Assembly: GCA_951406725.2 (NCBI GenBank)
Contig: OX597830.1
Span: 49,290,001-49,354,000 of the forward strand
Origin: Octopus vulgaris
Taxonomy: Eukaryota
Direction: 5' to 3'
DNA: 64,000 nucleotides
Part shown: piece after piece, positions 1 to 15,159 of the stretch
How positions within the stretch are numbered: position 1 is the first letter of the stretch
Layout: every line of letters begins with the position of its first letter
Made by a program: the position numbers and the translations under genes
The notes under the pieces: generated by a model
What the model saw: only the letters and a program-made list of their open reading frames with translations
Database searches by the model: none
Told to the model about the DNA's origin: nothing

Positions 1-544
1 TATTCTGTAAATACTCCTTCGCATATTACCTTAAATAGTTCAGTAGGAATGTTACTTCTCTTTTTCTTCTAGATATCAACCTAGACTTTTCTCTCGTTCT
101 GTAAATTCGGCGTTTTATGAACAGAAAAGAGTATTTTGAGAGAACAGAAAGAGGAAACTTCGAAAAAATTATGACTTGAGGTTGTTACGGGGTTTCCATA
201 TGTGAAGGAAAGAATACAACAGAGCGGATATTGTAGTGGCTGATTAGAAGGAACTATGTATTGCAATCTACGCGATATGGTCACTTGAGTCAAGAGTAAG
301 GAAAAGATAAAAAAGCTAAAGTATGATAGTAAATATATTTTGTCCTTCGGTCTGTCAATTCTACTAACTATTCCCCTAAATTTGAGGAACGTTAAAAAGG
401 AATGCTTTTGATGTGAGCGACAAATGAATAAATATATTTATCACGAGTTAAAGAGAATGAAGAAGAGAAACAAGAAACAACAAAACAGAAATTGAGGTGG
501 GGGTTGTTATAAAATATTTGTTATAAATATTTTAGGGGGATGGC

Positions 545-695
545 AGTGTTCGATTAAATCGACTTAGCTTGTATTTACCGACTCAGAACGGATGACAGGC
601 AAATAGTGAAACTCGGTGGAATTCGAACTCAAACTATAAGCAGTAGAACAAATAGCCCAAGTAATTTTGTCCGGCGTTCTAACGATTCTTCTGAG
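545..695 (-). mobile_element. Degenerate tRNA-headed SINE, family A (Meta-domain-like)
   Basis: Resembles the reverse complement of the copy at 20421 (ctcggtggaattcgaactca...ccggcgttctaacgattct). Confidence 0.55.
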
Positions 696-3166
696 TGCTG
701 TTGGAAATGCGAAACGAGGAAAGTGGGGCACGAAAAAGAAATGAAGACTTAACGAGGAAAGCAAGTCTTATGTAAAGAAATTGAAGAGAAATTGAAACTG
801 GTTTAATTTATTGAGGTTAGAAGACAGGTCAACGTTTCATAGGAAACTAGGTCAGTGGATGAAAAGAAAATGCGTAGACCAGGTTCATTGTAATCATCCG
901 TATATTTAGTTTAGCTTATGGCTTCTTCTCATAATATCAATTACTCGTGTTTCAGGTTCTTTTGCAGACTACATCATTGGTAATGAAACTTCGCTCTAAT
1001 TTTAATTTTCTTTTACCTTTTCTGTTTTCATTAATATTTTTTCTGATAAACAACTATAATTATTGCAAAGTTTGCTCGAAACAAACTCTATATCGATAAA
1101 TGGCGTTCGCGTGATCACTCAATATGCAAGGAATAGCAGCCAGATAACTTCCCTACATCACATCCTACCAGCCATCTTAAAATAAAATTATGTTCGCTCA
1201 ATTATTTTGGGCTACTGAAATAAATATATGAAAAGGTGGGATGGTCATACATACTATCATAAGGCTACTTCTTGATCGAAGAAGGGTCTTGGACCTACGA
1301 CAAACAATGTAACCGCATACAGTCTGTTCAGTGAACACCATCTCTTAAGTCTTAGACGGAATACCTAAAAGATTTACATGTAGCTTGTCTACAGGAATAT
1401 ACTTGGTCTAATTATATGATCAAAACATTTAATTAAGTTTCCTTTAGATTATAAAGATTAACACTAAAGACGCAGCTATGAAGAGATAGATGTTAATGAT
1501 GTCACATACCTAGAAGGAATAAAGTTATAAGTTCATATTGATGCTTAACAGTCTACATTGCGTCATAAATTGATAATAATGATAGTAAGAGATGGTGAAA
1601 GGTATTGGCAATTTAAGTCCTGTTAAGTTGATAGACGTCAATTATCATCTCTACTTCCAGCCTTAAGGAATGAACTGTTTCTATTATCTTCGTCATGTAA
1701 TAATATAGAGAACATCACTTAAAACTACATTCTCGCTTATTTTATTTATTCTTTACGTCAACCGACAACAGCGAATAAATGTTGTCATTTCCTGACAGAA
1801 CCTTATTCCATCATGCTATTGTATATATACACATACACCTGGAAATATAATATCACTCATAAATGACAACATGTTAATCAAATCCTGGCTATATAACTAG
1901 AATGATCTAATCAGTGTTAAGTTGGTGTGTTAACCAATTCAGTTCATTTTTCACTATGAACCAATAATAGACATTTATCACACGATTTGTTACTGAAAGT
2001 TTCCTGCGATTGCGACATAAATTAGATCAGTGGGCATACCGACATCATGATACGCGATACATAACTTGAAACAAACTGATGTCTGGTTCAACTACACACG
2101 GAAATTTCTTATAGTGTGTATAATTCGGAAAACGTGTTCAGCTCTGTTAAAGATACTCAAAAGCCGGTTGGGAGTGTTAAAGGGGAAAGTAAATGGTGTC
2201 TAACAGTAAGAAAATAATTCCAACGGGAGAGCCAGTTAGGAGTGTTAAATGGAATGACGAATTATGTCTAACAGTCAAAAAGAGAGAGAAAGAGAGAGAG
2301 AGAGAGAGATCGAAAGAGAGAGAAAGAGAGCGAGAGCGAGAGTGAAAGAGAGAGAAAGCGAGAGAGAGCAGGGTTCAAAAACAAGGACCTCTAAAGTTAA
2401 CTACTTAAGAATTCAGTCGGGTCTAAGATGTGACTGCAAGAGTTATTACCCCAATTGTGTTGACGTAGAAGGAAATAGAGAATTGTTCACAGAAATTTGG
2501 TGGACACTTTCAAATAGTCTCTATAGAAATAAAGAATAAAAAATTGGAACGGAATTAACTGCTTCTCCGTAATTCAAGGATTTGAGCAAAGTCGACTCCA
2601 GCATCGGAGCAACTCCGTGCAAGTTTGAAGGTACGCTGGCAAACCGCCGCTCCTCTGACTGCCCTTACTTGAGAGAGAGAGAACGAAAGAGAGAGAGAGT
2701 AAGAGCGAAAGAGAGAGAGAGCGAAAGAGAGAGAAAGAGAGAGAGAGAAAGAGAAAGAAAGAGAGAGAGAGAGCAGGGTTCAAAAACATGGATCTGTAAC
2801 GTTAACTACGCAAGAATGCAGTCGGGTCTAAGATGTGACTGGTTTTCAGGCACAGATCAAAGCAAACCCTGCCGTCCACTCAAGAAGACATGTAGTAAAT
2901 GATCCACAAGCATTCGATTAGATTGAGATCTCAACATATTCAATTTGCCAAAAGGTCTGCAAGGTACCAGCAGGCCTCATCAGACACATGCGTAACCACA
3001 AGTAAATGATTAACGCTTTATGTTACTGAACTCTCATTGGTCGTACACGACGAAAGAATCTAGCATACATACATACATGCATACATACATACATACATAC
3101 ATACATACATACATACTTACATACATACATACATACAAACATACATACATACATACACACATAAAC

Positions 3167-3207
<41 letters not shown>

Positions 3208-3209
<2 letters not shown>

Positions 3210-3398
3210 AAGAGTTTACGAAAAAATCAAAAGACGAAGACAGGTGGTGTACAAAACAAACAGATGTATTAGTATAACACTCAAGAATCGAAAAGTCTTT
3301 TACGTTTCGAGCCTACGCTCTTCTACAGAAAGGGACCCAGAAAAAAACAAGGAGAGAAAAAATGTGTGTAGTGGCTAACGATCTATCATGGCGACTGA
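3208..3398 (-). mobile_element. Short Penelope-like (PLE) 3'-end element with HHR-like motif, between (TA)n and (CATA)n
   Basis: Minus strand reads cttt-CTGTAGA-a-gagc gtag gctc-GAAAC-GTA-aaag. Its 3' part is homologous to 59440-59532 and its layout matches 32270-32451. Confidence 0.6.
3297..3332 (-). ncRNA. Variant minimal type I hammerhead motif (core CUGUAGA instead of CUGANGA)
   Basis: Stem I cttt/aaag, stem II gagc/gctc, then GAAAC-GUA. The non-canonical core may be inactive. Confidence 0.45.
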
Positions 3399-3781
3399 TA
3401 CATACATACATACATACATACATACATACATACATACATACATACACACACACAAGTTTATGAGCAATATAAATAGAAATAAAGCATTGAATTTATCGTT
3501 TTTAATAAGTTGAAATACGTCCAAGTTACATTTATAAAATATTGCAATGCTAATAGGAGGACGGTATTAAATATTTGCTATATTTTACAACAGTTATTCA
3601 TGGGTATTTATGGTCTTTTCCCTATAAAGGATTCATGTTGCTTATAACATCACTTGAGAGCCATATTTATAAAATTATAGTGTAGCTAAATCGATTTGTT
3701 ATATTCTGTAATTATATTTCATATTTCTATTGCAATCTCACACCTGGTAGACATTTCGCTTTTCGGTACGCTGGACAGGAA

Positions 3782-3880
<99 letters not shown>

Positions 3881-4163
3881 CTTACAAACACACACATATG
3901 CACACGACTCACACACACACAGAAACTCACTCTCTTTCTCACACACATACACAAACACACACACACACACATATGGCTTGAAACTTTAACAACTTTAAAA
4001 TTTGTGAAAAAATATTAGGTGTATATGCTAAGTACACCATTACTTTTTGATGTAAATTACAAATTCTGAAATCTGTCGCAACCGAACATAATCCAAATGA
4101 GATCATCTCTCTTCTAATAGTTAACTACAAGAGACGCACCATATATATGTATATATATGTATG

Positions 4164-4194
<31 letters not shown>

Positions 4195-4220
4195 TGTATG
4201 TATGTATGTATGTATGTATG

Positions 4221-4278
<58 letters not shown>

Positions 4279-4281
<3 letters not shown>

Positions 4282-4508
4282 AGTATTGGTATCCAGAGGA
4301 CCCAAGGTGGCAGGTAACGCTATGCAAGTGCTATGGGAGGACCGCAGTTAAACTCACGGTTCGATAATGTTATGAGTGAGGAGTCTAATGCGGGTCTTGT
4401 ATGAGCATGTATATGTTGAATAAAATGAGACAACAAAGCCAAGGCTGTGTGGAATTTGCAGGACATTTATAAAGAGAAAGTTAGTCTTACAGCTGTTTCT
4501 GGGATATA
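4279..4508 (-). mobile_element. PLE-like 3'-end fragment truncated within its HHR
   Basis: Minus strand atatccca-GAAAC-agct-GTA-agac has a palindromic stem III. It abuts (TA)n and is homologous to 48330-48520. Confidence 0.55.
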
Positions 4509-6043
4509 GAAGATAAAGGAGAGAGAAAAAGAGGATAAGGTGAAGAGTGAGACAGAAAGAAAAAGCAAAGGTGGGAGAGGAAAAAGATGGAAGGAGAAAA
4601 AGTGGGAGAGAAAAGTATCCATGACATGAGGTGGGGGAACGTAATATTGATTACGTTGTTAAAAATATTTGTTGAAGCTAGTGATGATATAGAAGAGGAG
4701 AGTTCAAAATATGATTTTAGCAGCGGGGTGAAGTTCTGATGGTGAAGTTAAAGAAATGCACAGAGGAAGAGGGAGAGAGGGGAAAGAGAAAGAGAGGCGG
4801 CGGGAAAGAAGGAGAGATGATGATGATGGTGGTGATATTGGTGGAGATGGAGGTTGTGGTAGTGGAGGATGGTGGTGAAGATGGCGGTGTGATTGGATAG
4901 TGAAAAGTTTATTTTTTGAAAAATTGAACCAAGTCATTTATATCACCTATGGATTAACGCATGCGCACAAATGCAATTCTGTGAAATATTCACGCTTATT
5001 TACGTGGAAAATATATGCAATTTAACTAAAGGTTATATCATATGTACTGGATATTTTTTTTTTCTTTATGGAAAAATGGAAAAACAGTGATTATTTATTT
5101 TGCGAGTGCTGTGTATTAATCTATAAATTTATGCATAAAGTATATAAAGTGTATATATAAAGGGCATCAAGTAATCATCGTATTCCAATTTCTTTCACGT
5201 TTCAATGAGTAGCAGATGAGACACTATCTTTTCATACTGACAAAGCACTTGCTACTCTTTCAGGTTACTAGGATAAATTTTTCAGAAGAAAATGCAATAG
5301 GTTTACCATTAATTCCGTGAAATATTCACGGGCCCAGCTAGTCTTAACATAACATGTCGGCCAAAACTCAACTCGTGCAAAACCTCTCAAAATTTGTGGT
5401 GGTGGGGGGAGTAGATTAGATTCTTTCGTAGGTTTGTAAGCAATATAAGAGTATAAATAGGTCGGTAGATAGTTAAGGTGTACAATTTTTCTGAACCTAT
5501 TGGTATGTTTTATTCTAAGCCATTTTAAGTATTTCCTTACTGAACTATAATTTACGGCATTCATAGAGAAATGAAGTAATAGTCTAGGATATAATTCCCA
5601 AATATTCTAATAAAAATTCTAAAATAATTATGGAAATATTCTTATTAGAATAAATATTCTAATAAAGGAGAAATGAATATTCCAATAATGGATAAATAAT
5701 AAAAATCATATTTCTTATTTGCTATATTTCAACGACGCCACATTGAGATTGGGCAATGAAAGCATCTCAGCTTACATACATCTCCACCCACACGTATGTA
5801 TATATAGCAATTTATGCATCATAGTGCGTACACACAATCAATAGGCCACTTGTTATAGTGTTTGTCCTGGGATAACATTTCTTATAGTCTTGCTGTGTAA
5901 AAAAACAAAATTAATATCACAAGCGAAACTGAGCCGTATCAGCGGCCAGCGGCAACACGAGGGACGGTAATTGTCCTATCATTATACATTAAGGATGATA
6001 CATCGAAAGATACGTAAATTTAATAATACCTTGACTGTGTATG

Positions 6044-6161
<118 letters not shown>

Positions 6162-6698
6162 ATGTGTGTATATATATCTATCTGTTAGTGTATATATTTA
6201 GTGACATTTGTAATTCTGCTTTTTGGTGAAATATTGTAAACTGCTGATCTTATCAATTTTGTATATACACATTAGCGAATCGCTAAACCATCCAATTATT
6301 TGGATAACGAATATATAAATACTAATGGCGAAGCGAGTCCGGAGAGAGCCGAAGTCGAACTGGCTTAACTGCTGAGGCGGCGGAAATTGTCGCAACTGAC
6401 GCGCCAGTATTAGGAATTTTTGATCGGCACTTTTCGGACGATTATAGTCTCCCTTTGTATATATGTTCATGTGCGTTAGCAAGCGTCAGAGAATGTAGGT
6501 CATTTTTCACCCTACTATACGGACCCTCAACAAATTTTCGTCCCATTAGGCAATTCATATTTAATCAAATAAATGAAATTTAATAACTATACTCTACAAG
6601 AAGCATTGAGTACTTTGCCTGGGATTCAATATAAATATACCGTATGTACTAATAGGTGTATATTTATATAGGCATCCTGTATGTATGTATATATGTGT

Positions 6699-7590
<892 letters not shown>

Positions 7591-8519
7591 TATCTCTTTA
7601 GCAATACCTATCTGGCTATCAGTATTTCTCTTTATCAAACTGCCTATTTCCCTACGTTGCGTCTTTACTTCGATCAGTCTTTCCTTATTTTCTATTCCTT
7701 TTCTTAGATTCTATTTATTTATTCTTATCATGCCTTTATTCACCAGAAACTTCTATGTAAATCGTCTTTAAGTAAATTGCATTTCTGATAATAATGGAAG
7801 AAAATCACCCAAGAGATTTCGCACGAGCAGTACGTTTGAACTACATTAGAATATTTTGGGCAAGTATTCTTCCGAAGACGCTTAATTAAACTCCATGTGG
7901 ATTTGTAGAGGTATTTCTGTGACGTCTTGCCAATAAAGTTGCTAAATGGAAAATATTGGTATAATATGAGGTCAGGATGCTACTTGACATATCTCACCAA
8001 TATTTCAAGTATTCCAACTTTTTTCCTTCTTAATAGATCCATTGATATACACAGTCAAACATTTAATAACGGCCGCTTTTCTTTTATCAGAATTTAGAGA
8101 GAACGCTTAAAGCATATCGACATTGGCAACAAAAACAAACAACTATTAATCCCACAAAATTTGCACTTTCGTTTTGTTTAGGAAAAAGTAACCTTTTTTT
8201 TGATATGTGTGCGTATATGATACACACACACACGTGCGCGCGCGATATCTATATATTTGTGATATATATTTTATCTTCCCGACATATCGATAGCAGACAA
8301 ATCAGAATTCTGGCGAAATTTGAATTTAAAAAATGCAAAACCAAAAGTGAGCACATCTCAGCTTTTAGCTCCGTTCTGTGTTATTATTTTTAAAAGTAAA
8401 TTGGTCTGGCATACCATAGCTTTCTTGGATCGCCCGACATCACTAACGTACACGCAAGTAAATATTGTTCTTAAATTATTGACTATGCTTGCTCTGGTAT
8501 TATATAGTGAGAATTCTGT

Positions 8520-9310
8520 AGGATCGATATTCTGGGGCTAAAAAACATTACTACTAGGAATGAAGTGGTACAAAATTTTGATAAAGAGCGTCAGGAGCAC
8601 TTCAGTTGTAGTGATACATGGCCAGCCACTTTGAAGGAGCAGTGTACGATATACCATCTGAAAAAGTAACGAAAACAGACAACGTGTCTGTGGATCAGAG
8701 TTTGGATTGTGTTGGTGAATAATTTCATACCAATGCGTTAAGTGACCTTTTGCCGCTGGCCAACACCACAATCGTCTCAGAGGAGGATCACACTCATTGA
8801 GTTTTTTTCCACGGATTAATAGGTGGTAGAAAATAAAACGCTTTGTGGCAGTGAAGAAGAGCATTCTTTGTGATAGGTGCAGTCTTGAAATGAGGTCTAA
8901 CATTTTTATCGACTTGGAGGGTTCTAGATGATGTGCGCTGTTGTTATTCAAATGGGGGGGATATGCTTTCTTGGTATGGATAAATATTGTGTTCTTTTGA
9001 TTTTGAAGAAGATTAAATTAATACGATTCCGTTAATGAGTCATCTGTAGATTTGGCCAGAGAAGTCTATGTTGGATGAGGGAGCATCTAGACTCGTGAAA
9101 CTGATCCCATCTGTGTTGGAGTGGAATTTATTGGGCGTGACGACAAGTAGGTCATTGATGTAGTGAGAAAAAATAAGGGGAAGGGTAAAACTGGATCCTA
9201 GGATCAAACAGAGCTACAGGAGCGCATAACCCCGACATTATGGATTTTACAGGAAGTTATCATTAAAAGACAGATGGATGGCAGTCACAGTTGTTTTTGG
9301 ATGGAAATTG
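8520..9310 (-). mobile_element. Decayed CR1/Jockey-like LINE RT remnant
   Basis: Minus-strand fragments GSS...LIF..YINDL (tacatcaatgacctac) and HR.V.C...F resemble CR1 RT and C-terminal motifs; heavily frameshifted. Confidence 0.5.
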
Positions 9311-9650
9311 GAGCGGTAGGTCAACACACACACACTCACACACACACACGCGCGCGCGCACGCACATATGCGGTGAGGGGGGCGATTGTCAGAGTCGGTG
9401 TTCTTAATGATTTGAAATGACCAGAGTTACTTTCATAAGTGGTGTGTCTATATGTATGTGGTGTTGAATCTGGCAGATTAGAGAGGAATAATTTTGAAGG
9501 AGATTTACTGAATAAGTCTAGATGGGGATTCTGATGCACCACCATTGCGTACACAGTGATAATGATAGTGTTGTTGCAGTGATAACAATTACATACATTT
9601 CTATAAGTGGTATACTCTAAATCTATGTACGTCTCTCTCTCTCGCTCTCT

Positions 9651-9691
<41 letters not shown>

Positions 9692-10064
9692 AATTGGATT
9701 TAATTTGTCTAAGTAGATATGACCAGAGACATACCTACTAGAAATAATTATGTGTAAGAGGTTTCATACAAATTATGGTTATAAATGGCGATGGAAGGAC
9801 GAATTACAAGACCGTCGCTGACAATACCTTGCAGCATTGCGTTGCAGCTCTTTACATTCTGAATTTATATTTCACTGTGGTCAGATTTGAATCTTCATAA
9901 TACTAGGTTTGTTAAAATATAACACTAGTCTCTCGGAATATGGTCGATAACAACGCCTATTTCCTACATTTAACGTCTGTACCAAATTTAGAAGTAAGCT
10001 TGGTAGAAACGCGGAGTGGCGAATATATTGTTACACTACTTTGTAAAGTCTCATAATGTGTAAC

Positions 10065-10106
<42 letters not shown>

Positions 10107-10398
10107 GAGAGTTTAAGGAGTGGTGTAGTGAACAACGTACGCAAAATATACTCTCAGTCAATTGAAATTTACCTCTTAGTTGCAGAAAGAAGAGAGAAGC
10201 TGGAGGGTAATTGTTAATGGTTTGAAATTAAACGGAATAAATAGGGAGAAAATATCTTGAGAAATATCAAATTCGCTAAATTGATCTTAAAGCTCAAGGA
10301 GATATAAAAATGTGTGTATATATATACATGTATATACGTAAGGACCGCAACACACACACATATATATATGTGTGTGTGAATGTATATGTATATATATA

Positions 10399-10453
<55 letters not shown>

Positions 10454-10528
10454 GTGTGTATATATATATATATGTATCTTTATAAATATAAAATACTAAA
10501 TGGTGTGTGTGTGTTTAGATATGTTATA

Positions 10529-10685
10529 TGCGCAGATCTGACTGCGTGGTAAGAAGTTTACGTCCAAACCACAAGGTTACGGGCTCAGACCCTTTGCATG
10601 GCATCTTAGGCAAGTGATTTCTGCTATAGCCTCAGACCAACCAAAGTCATTGGATTTGGTGGACGGAAACTGAGAGAGGTCCGTA
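10529..10685 (+). mobile_element. tRNA-headed SINE family B, 5' part
   Basis: Homologous to 44933-45095 (ggcaagtg.ttct.ctatagcctc.g.cc.accaaa...ggatttggt.gacggaaactga). Confidence 0.8.
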
Positions 10686-10734
10686 GTATGTATGTATGTA
10701 TGTATGTATGTATGTATGTATGTATGTATGTATG

Positions 10735-11394
10735 CTGTTACGTCTCACGAATGAAGCTTTTTAGACCGAATAGTGACTGGTGACGAGGAATTGGTTCTCT
10801 ATAAATATGTCAAGCGCCGAAGACAGTGGGTAGGGAAATGAGAAACACCTGCACCCCAGGCTAAAAATAGTCTTCATCAATGTAAGGTGTTGTTATCTGT
10901 TTGGTGGCATATGAAACGTTTCGTCCACTTTGAACTTTTAAACCCAAACCCAACGATAACACAGGAGATATGCTGCTAGCAGCTTGAGCGGCTAACTCAA
11001 CGCTAGAAGAAAAGTGTTCTTCCGTCAAGATAATGCTCGGCCACCTAGAGCGAGGATGACATTTCAAAGGCTGGATCAGTTTGAATGGGAAACAATGCCC
11101 CACTATATTCGCCGGACATTGCACTATCTGATTATCCTTTATTCTGAAGTCTTCAAAATCATTTGGACGGAAAATATATGAATTTTTTGCAGACGAGGTC
11201 AGGAGAATATTGGAGGAGTATTTTTCGCCACGGACATGGGAATTTTGGAATAGGGGCCTTACAAGTCTAGCAGATATATGGAGGAACTTTGTAGAAAATG
11301 AAGGAGAGTGCATTTTAGATTTAAAAAGAACTTTAATCTTAAGTTTCAAAAATAAAAGAAGTATTAAAAACCGCATTAATGAAGAGATGACCCA

Positions 11395-11398
<4 letters not shown>
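10735..11398 (+). pseudogene. Mariner (DD34D) transposase pseudogene, 3' half with TIR
   Basis: Translates to DRIVTGDE..VLY, KVLLSVWW, QDNARP and YSPDIALSDYPLF..LQNHLDGK, with stops and frameshifts. Ends ...gatgacccaata followed by TA. Confidence 0.92.
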
Positions 11399-11441
<43 letters not shown>

Positions 11442-11476
11442 CATACCTACATATATATATATACACACACACACAC

Positions 11477-11549
<73 letters not shown>

Positions 11550-12329
11550 GTTATATCGCACGTTCGGATGCCTTCTACTCAACTCTCACCGCTACACTCG
11601 CTACTCCTGACGTCTAGGCTTCTCCCACTATATCTACGTATTGGGCTAGCCTACTTTATCGTCTGGGGGCGTCCACACAACAATATATATACATATATAT
11701 ATATAAAAGTAGTGTCTTTGTATCTGTTTTTGCCTCACACCACCAATTGAGGACCAGTGCTGGTGTGTTTGCGTACCCATAGCTTAGCATTTTCGGCAAA
11801 GGAACCCGATACAATAAGTACCAAGTGTATGTGTGCGTGTGTGTATATGTGTGTGTGTGCCTATGCGTATGTGTATGTGTGTGTGTAAAGTATTGGTTGT
11901 TGAAGTTCGTTTGTCTTTCATCGAAATGCTATAATCGCGTGTGTAATTATATGAACGCATGTGTACGTATAGTGAAGTATATGGTAATGTGGTTATATAT
12001 ACATATATATATATATGTATGTATCTGTGTTTCACGTTGTAACTCAAGTTCTTAATTTATTTTTCTATATTGATATGCTTACATGCATGGCTATGCGTGT
12101 TTGTTTGCATTTTTGTGACTTCATCTATCTTTGGTGAATGTATAATGTGCCTGCGAGGCCTGCGAGTACATGCGTGTACATATATTTGTTAATGTGTATT
12201 TGAGTATATGTGTAAATGGGTGTATATGTAAGAAGGAAACTAGAACGAAATGTGTGAGTCTTACCGCGCCTGAGTATGTACACCTACCTGTATCGAGTTC
12301 GTATATAAGTCAAGTCTATCAAACTGTGC

Positions 12330-12454
<125 letters not shown>

Positions 12455-13190
12455 TATGTGTGTGTTAGTGTGTTAGGCCGCGTGTGTTTGGTATGGGTGG
12501 AATGCATTAATGACATTAAACGTGTATACACTCGGATGAAAGTGAAAATAAGAGGAGCAATTAAGCTGATGGTAAGTGAAGAAAACAAGAAGAGTATCTA
12601 CAAAAAAAAAACATATCATGAAGAACAATAACGATGGCTAGAAGAACATTGATAAAAAGAGCGAGAAAAAGCAACGAGGAGAAAACATAGGAAGATCCTC
12701 AGCATCGACATAGAAGAATAAGTTTTAAAAAATATTAAGCGAGAAACCCACCCTTATTGGTAACAATAATACCGACGACGATGGCGATAGGAATAAGAAA
12801 GAATATGCTAACACATTTGGAAAAAAAAACTGTGAGAAACAAAGGCAGCCAACTCGATAGAATGGTTAAACATTTAATCAACATTCCAGATCTTGGTCGG
12901 GAATATATGCTTTGTTTTTGGTCAGATTCAATTAGAAGAGATTCACATCTCAATACAACATTTATTGCAGTTCTCTCTCTCTCTCCCCCTTCCTCTCTCC
13001 CCCCTTCCTCTCTCTTTCTCTCTCTCTATTTCTTTCTGTATCTCTGTTTCTCGAACTCAGTGACTTTTACTTCCTTTCTCCTGATCTCTTTATATTCATC
13101 TTTCGATATCTTTCTGTCTTTTTCTCTCATCTGCTTACTGCCCATCTCTTTGTTTGTTTCTTTCTTTCTTTCTTTCTCTCTGTCTCTATT

Positions 13191-13239
<49 letters not shown>

Positions 13240-14025
13240 CCCGTCTGCTTACTGCCCGTGTTCTCTAGCTGTTTATTTGTAACCTATCTCCATTTCTGGA
13301 TGCCTTCGACGACGGAGAATATTGTTTATGTATGTGAGTTTGAGAATATATACGTGTGTGCATCTGTGTGTGTGTGTGTGTGTGCATGTGTGTATGTGTG
13401 TATGTTGTTCTCTACAATTGTTTCATTTTTATCCCCATTCATCAGAAACGATCGCTGCTTATTATACAATAAACGATATGATGAATGTTCCATATTTTTT
13501 ATTCATTTTTTGTTTCCCTGGAAACGTTGTAATATATTGCATCATAATCTATGTTTAACACTCTAGTAGACTCCTTCATCCCTCACCACCGCACGAATAC
13601 ATATACACATAAATAAATACATATTCACAATAATATTCGTAAAAAAAGAAACATATTGGCATTGTCATACAGCAGAAATGAATGGAATGCTCCATCAACA
13701 CAATCATACGAAATTGGAACAATTCATATGTTGTAGATTCACAGCCAGATATATATGTATACATAACTATACATGTATATACACACACTCACCCTTACAT
13801 AGATATCATTGATCTTTCATAACTTCTTTCAAACGAAACCAACTTTTCTACGATCCTACTCTACTAGATTTTTACTCTTTTACTTGTTTCAGTCATTTGA
13901 CTGTGGCCATGCTGCAGCACCACCTTTAGTCGAACAAATCGACCCCATGACTTATTCTTTGTGAGCCAGCTACATAACCCAAGTGACAATTACTAATTAT
14001 TAACTGCGAGTAACAGAATACTTCA

Positions 14026-14088
<63 letters not shown>

Positions 14089-14089
14089 A

Positions 14090-14164
<75 letters not shown>

Positions 14165-14355
14165 ATATACACATATATATATATATATATATCGTAACAT
14201 ATAACAATCAACTGTGGCGTTCTGTACAGGACAGTGCTAGTGATGTTTATAGCCCCAGGAGGGCATCTCTTCCAGCTGGCTGACGATACACATTCTGTAT
14301 ACGATTAAGATTTGCGAGGACAGGTCAACGCTCTCATCTTTAGCCTTACGGGATA

Positions 14356-14400
14356 CACACGGACTCGAGTTTCTGGGTGGTTACCCGTCCTCAGCGTGTG
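14356..14400 (-). ncRNA. Type I hammerhead ribozyme with intact core
   Basis: Minus strand: cacacg-CUGAGGA-c gggu aacc accc a-GAAAC-ucga-GUC^-cgugug. It has a 6-bp stem I, a 4-bp stem II with a C.A closing mismatch and a palindromic stem III. Confidence 0.85.
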
Positions 14401-14405
14401 CTAAT

Positions 14406-14438
14406 CACACGCTAGTGATGGAAACTCAAGTCCGTGTG
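14406..14438 (+). ncRNA. Degenerate plus-strand hammerhead
   Basis: cacacg-CUAGUGA-ug-GAAAC-ucaa-GUC-cgugug. Stems I and III are kept, the core is altered and stem II is lost. Confidence 0.55.
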
Positions 14439-14995
14439 CATCACGTGAGGCTAGAGTTGGGAGAGATAACCTCCCTCGCAAATACTAATCCGACACAGAA
14501 CCTGTGTTGTTAGCCAGCTGGAGGAGATGTCTTCCTGGGGCTATCAACGTCAGTAGGACGCCACACTTGGTTGGCAATTATATGTTACGATTCCGTACCG
14601 CTACTGTTTATCTCTCGGTCAGAGATTTAAGATAGCTCTCTCTCTATATATATAATAGTGAGTTTCGAGGGATATTTTATCCGGACGGGTATCAGCTCTC
14701 AGTTAAGTTCCAGTTAAGAGCTAACCACAACGATCAGTATTTAACGTCTGTGACTTCAATTTCTTGTTAATCATTCCGTGAATTCTTCCGATGGGTAATT
14801 CCGCGTACGCTTCGCTGGATGTTAAAAATTGTTTGCAATATGTATTATCGTTATTAATAATAAAGGGTATGGAGCATTGTACATCCACGAAATTTATTTC
14901 ATGGTTAAAATGCAGTGCAAACACGTGTAGATCATTATAATATGCTATACATAACTATATACAACATGTGGTTATACAAGTCTCCATGCTATTTA

Positions 14996-15155
<160 letters not shown>

Positions 15156-15159
15156 AACA

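Larger units (their letters stand above)
14191..14591. mobile_element. ~400-bp imperfect foldback element with paired hammerheads (PLE/retrozyme-like), copy 1
   Basis: Arm 14191-14373 pairs with 14421-14591 (termini atcgtaacatataa/ttatatgttacgat). HHRs lie at the apex and the left end abuts (TA)n. Confidence 0.8.

Noticed and set aside
1-300. Possible L1/Tx1 C-terminal remnant (IWK.RN on the minus strand)
   Set aside because: It is a single weak motif at the window edge.
12757-13566. 269-aa hydrophobic ORF
   Set aside because: It is built from CT-rich, TA and TG simple repeats and has no recognisable domain.
14583-14830. tgttacgat.../...atcgtaaca read as TG...CA LTR ends of an LTR retroelement
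   Set aside because: There is no second full LTR, clear PBS, PPT or TSD; the foldback symmetry alone explains it. Not fully excluded.
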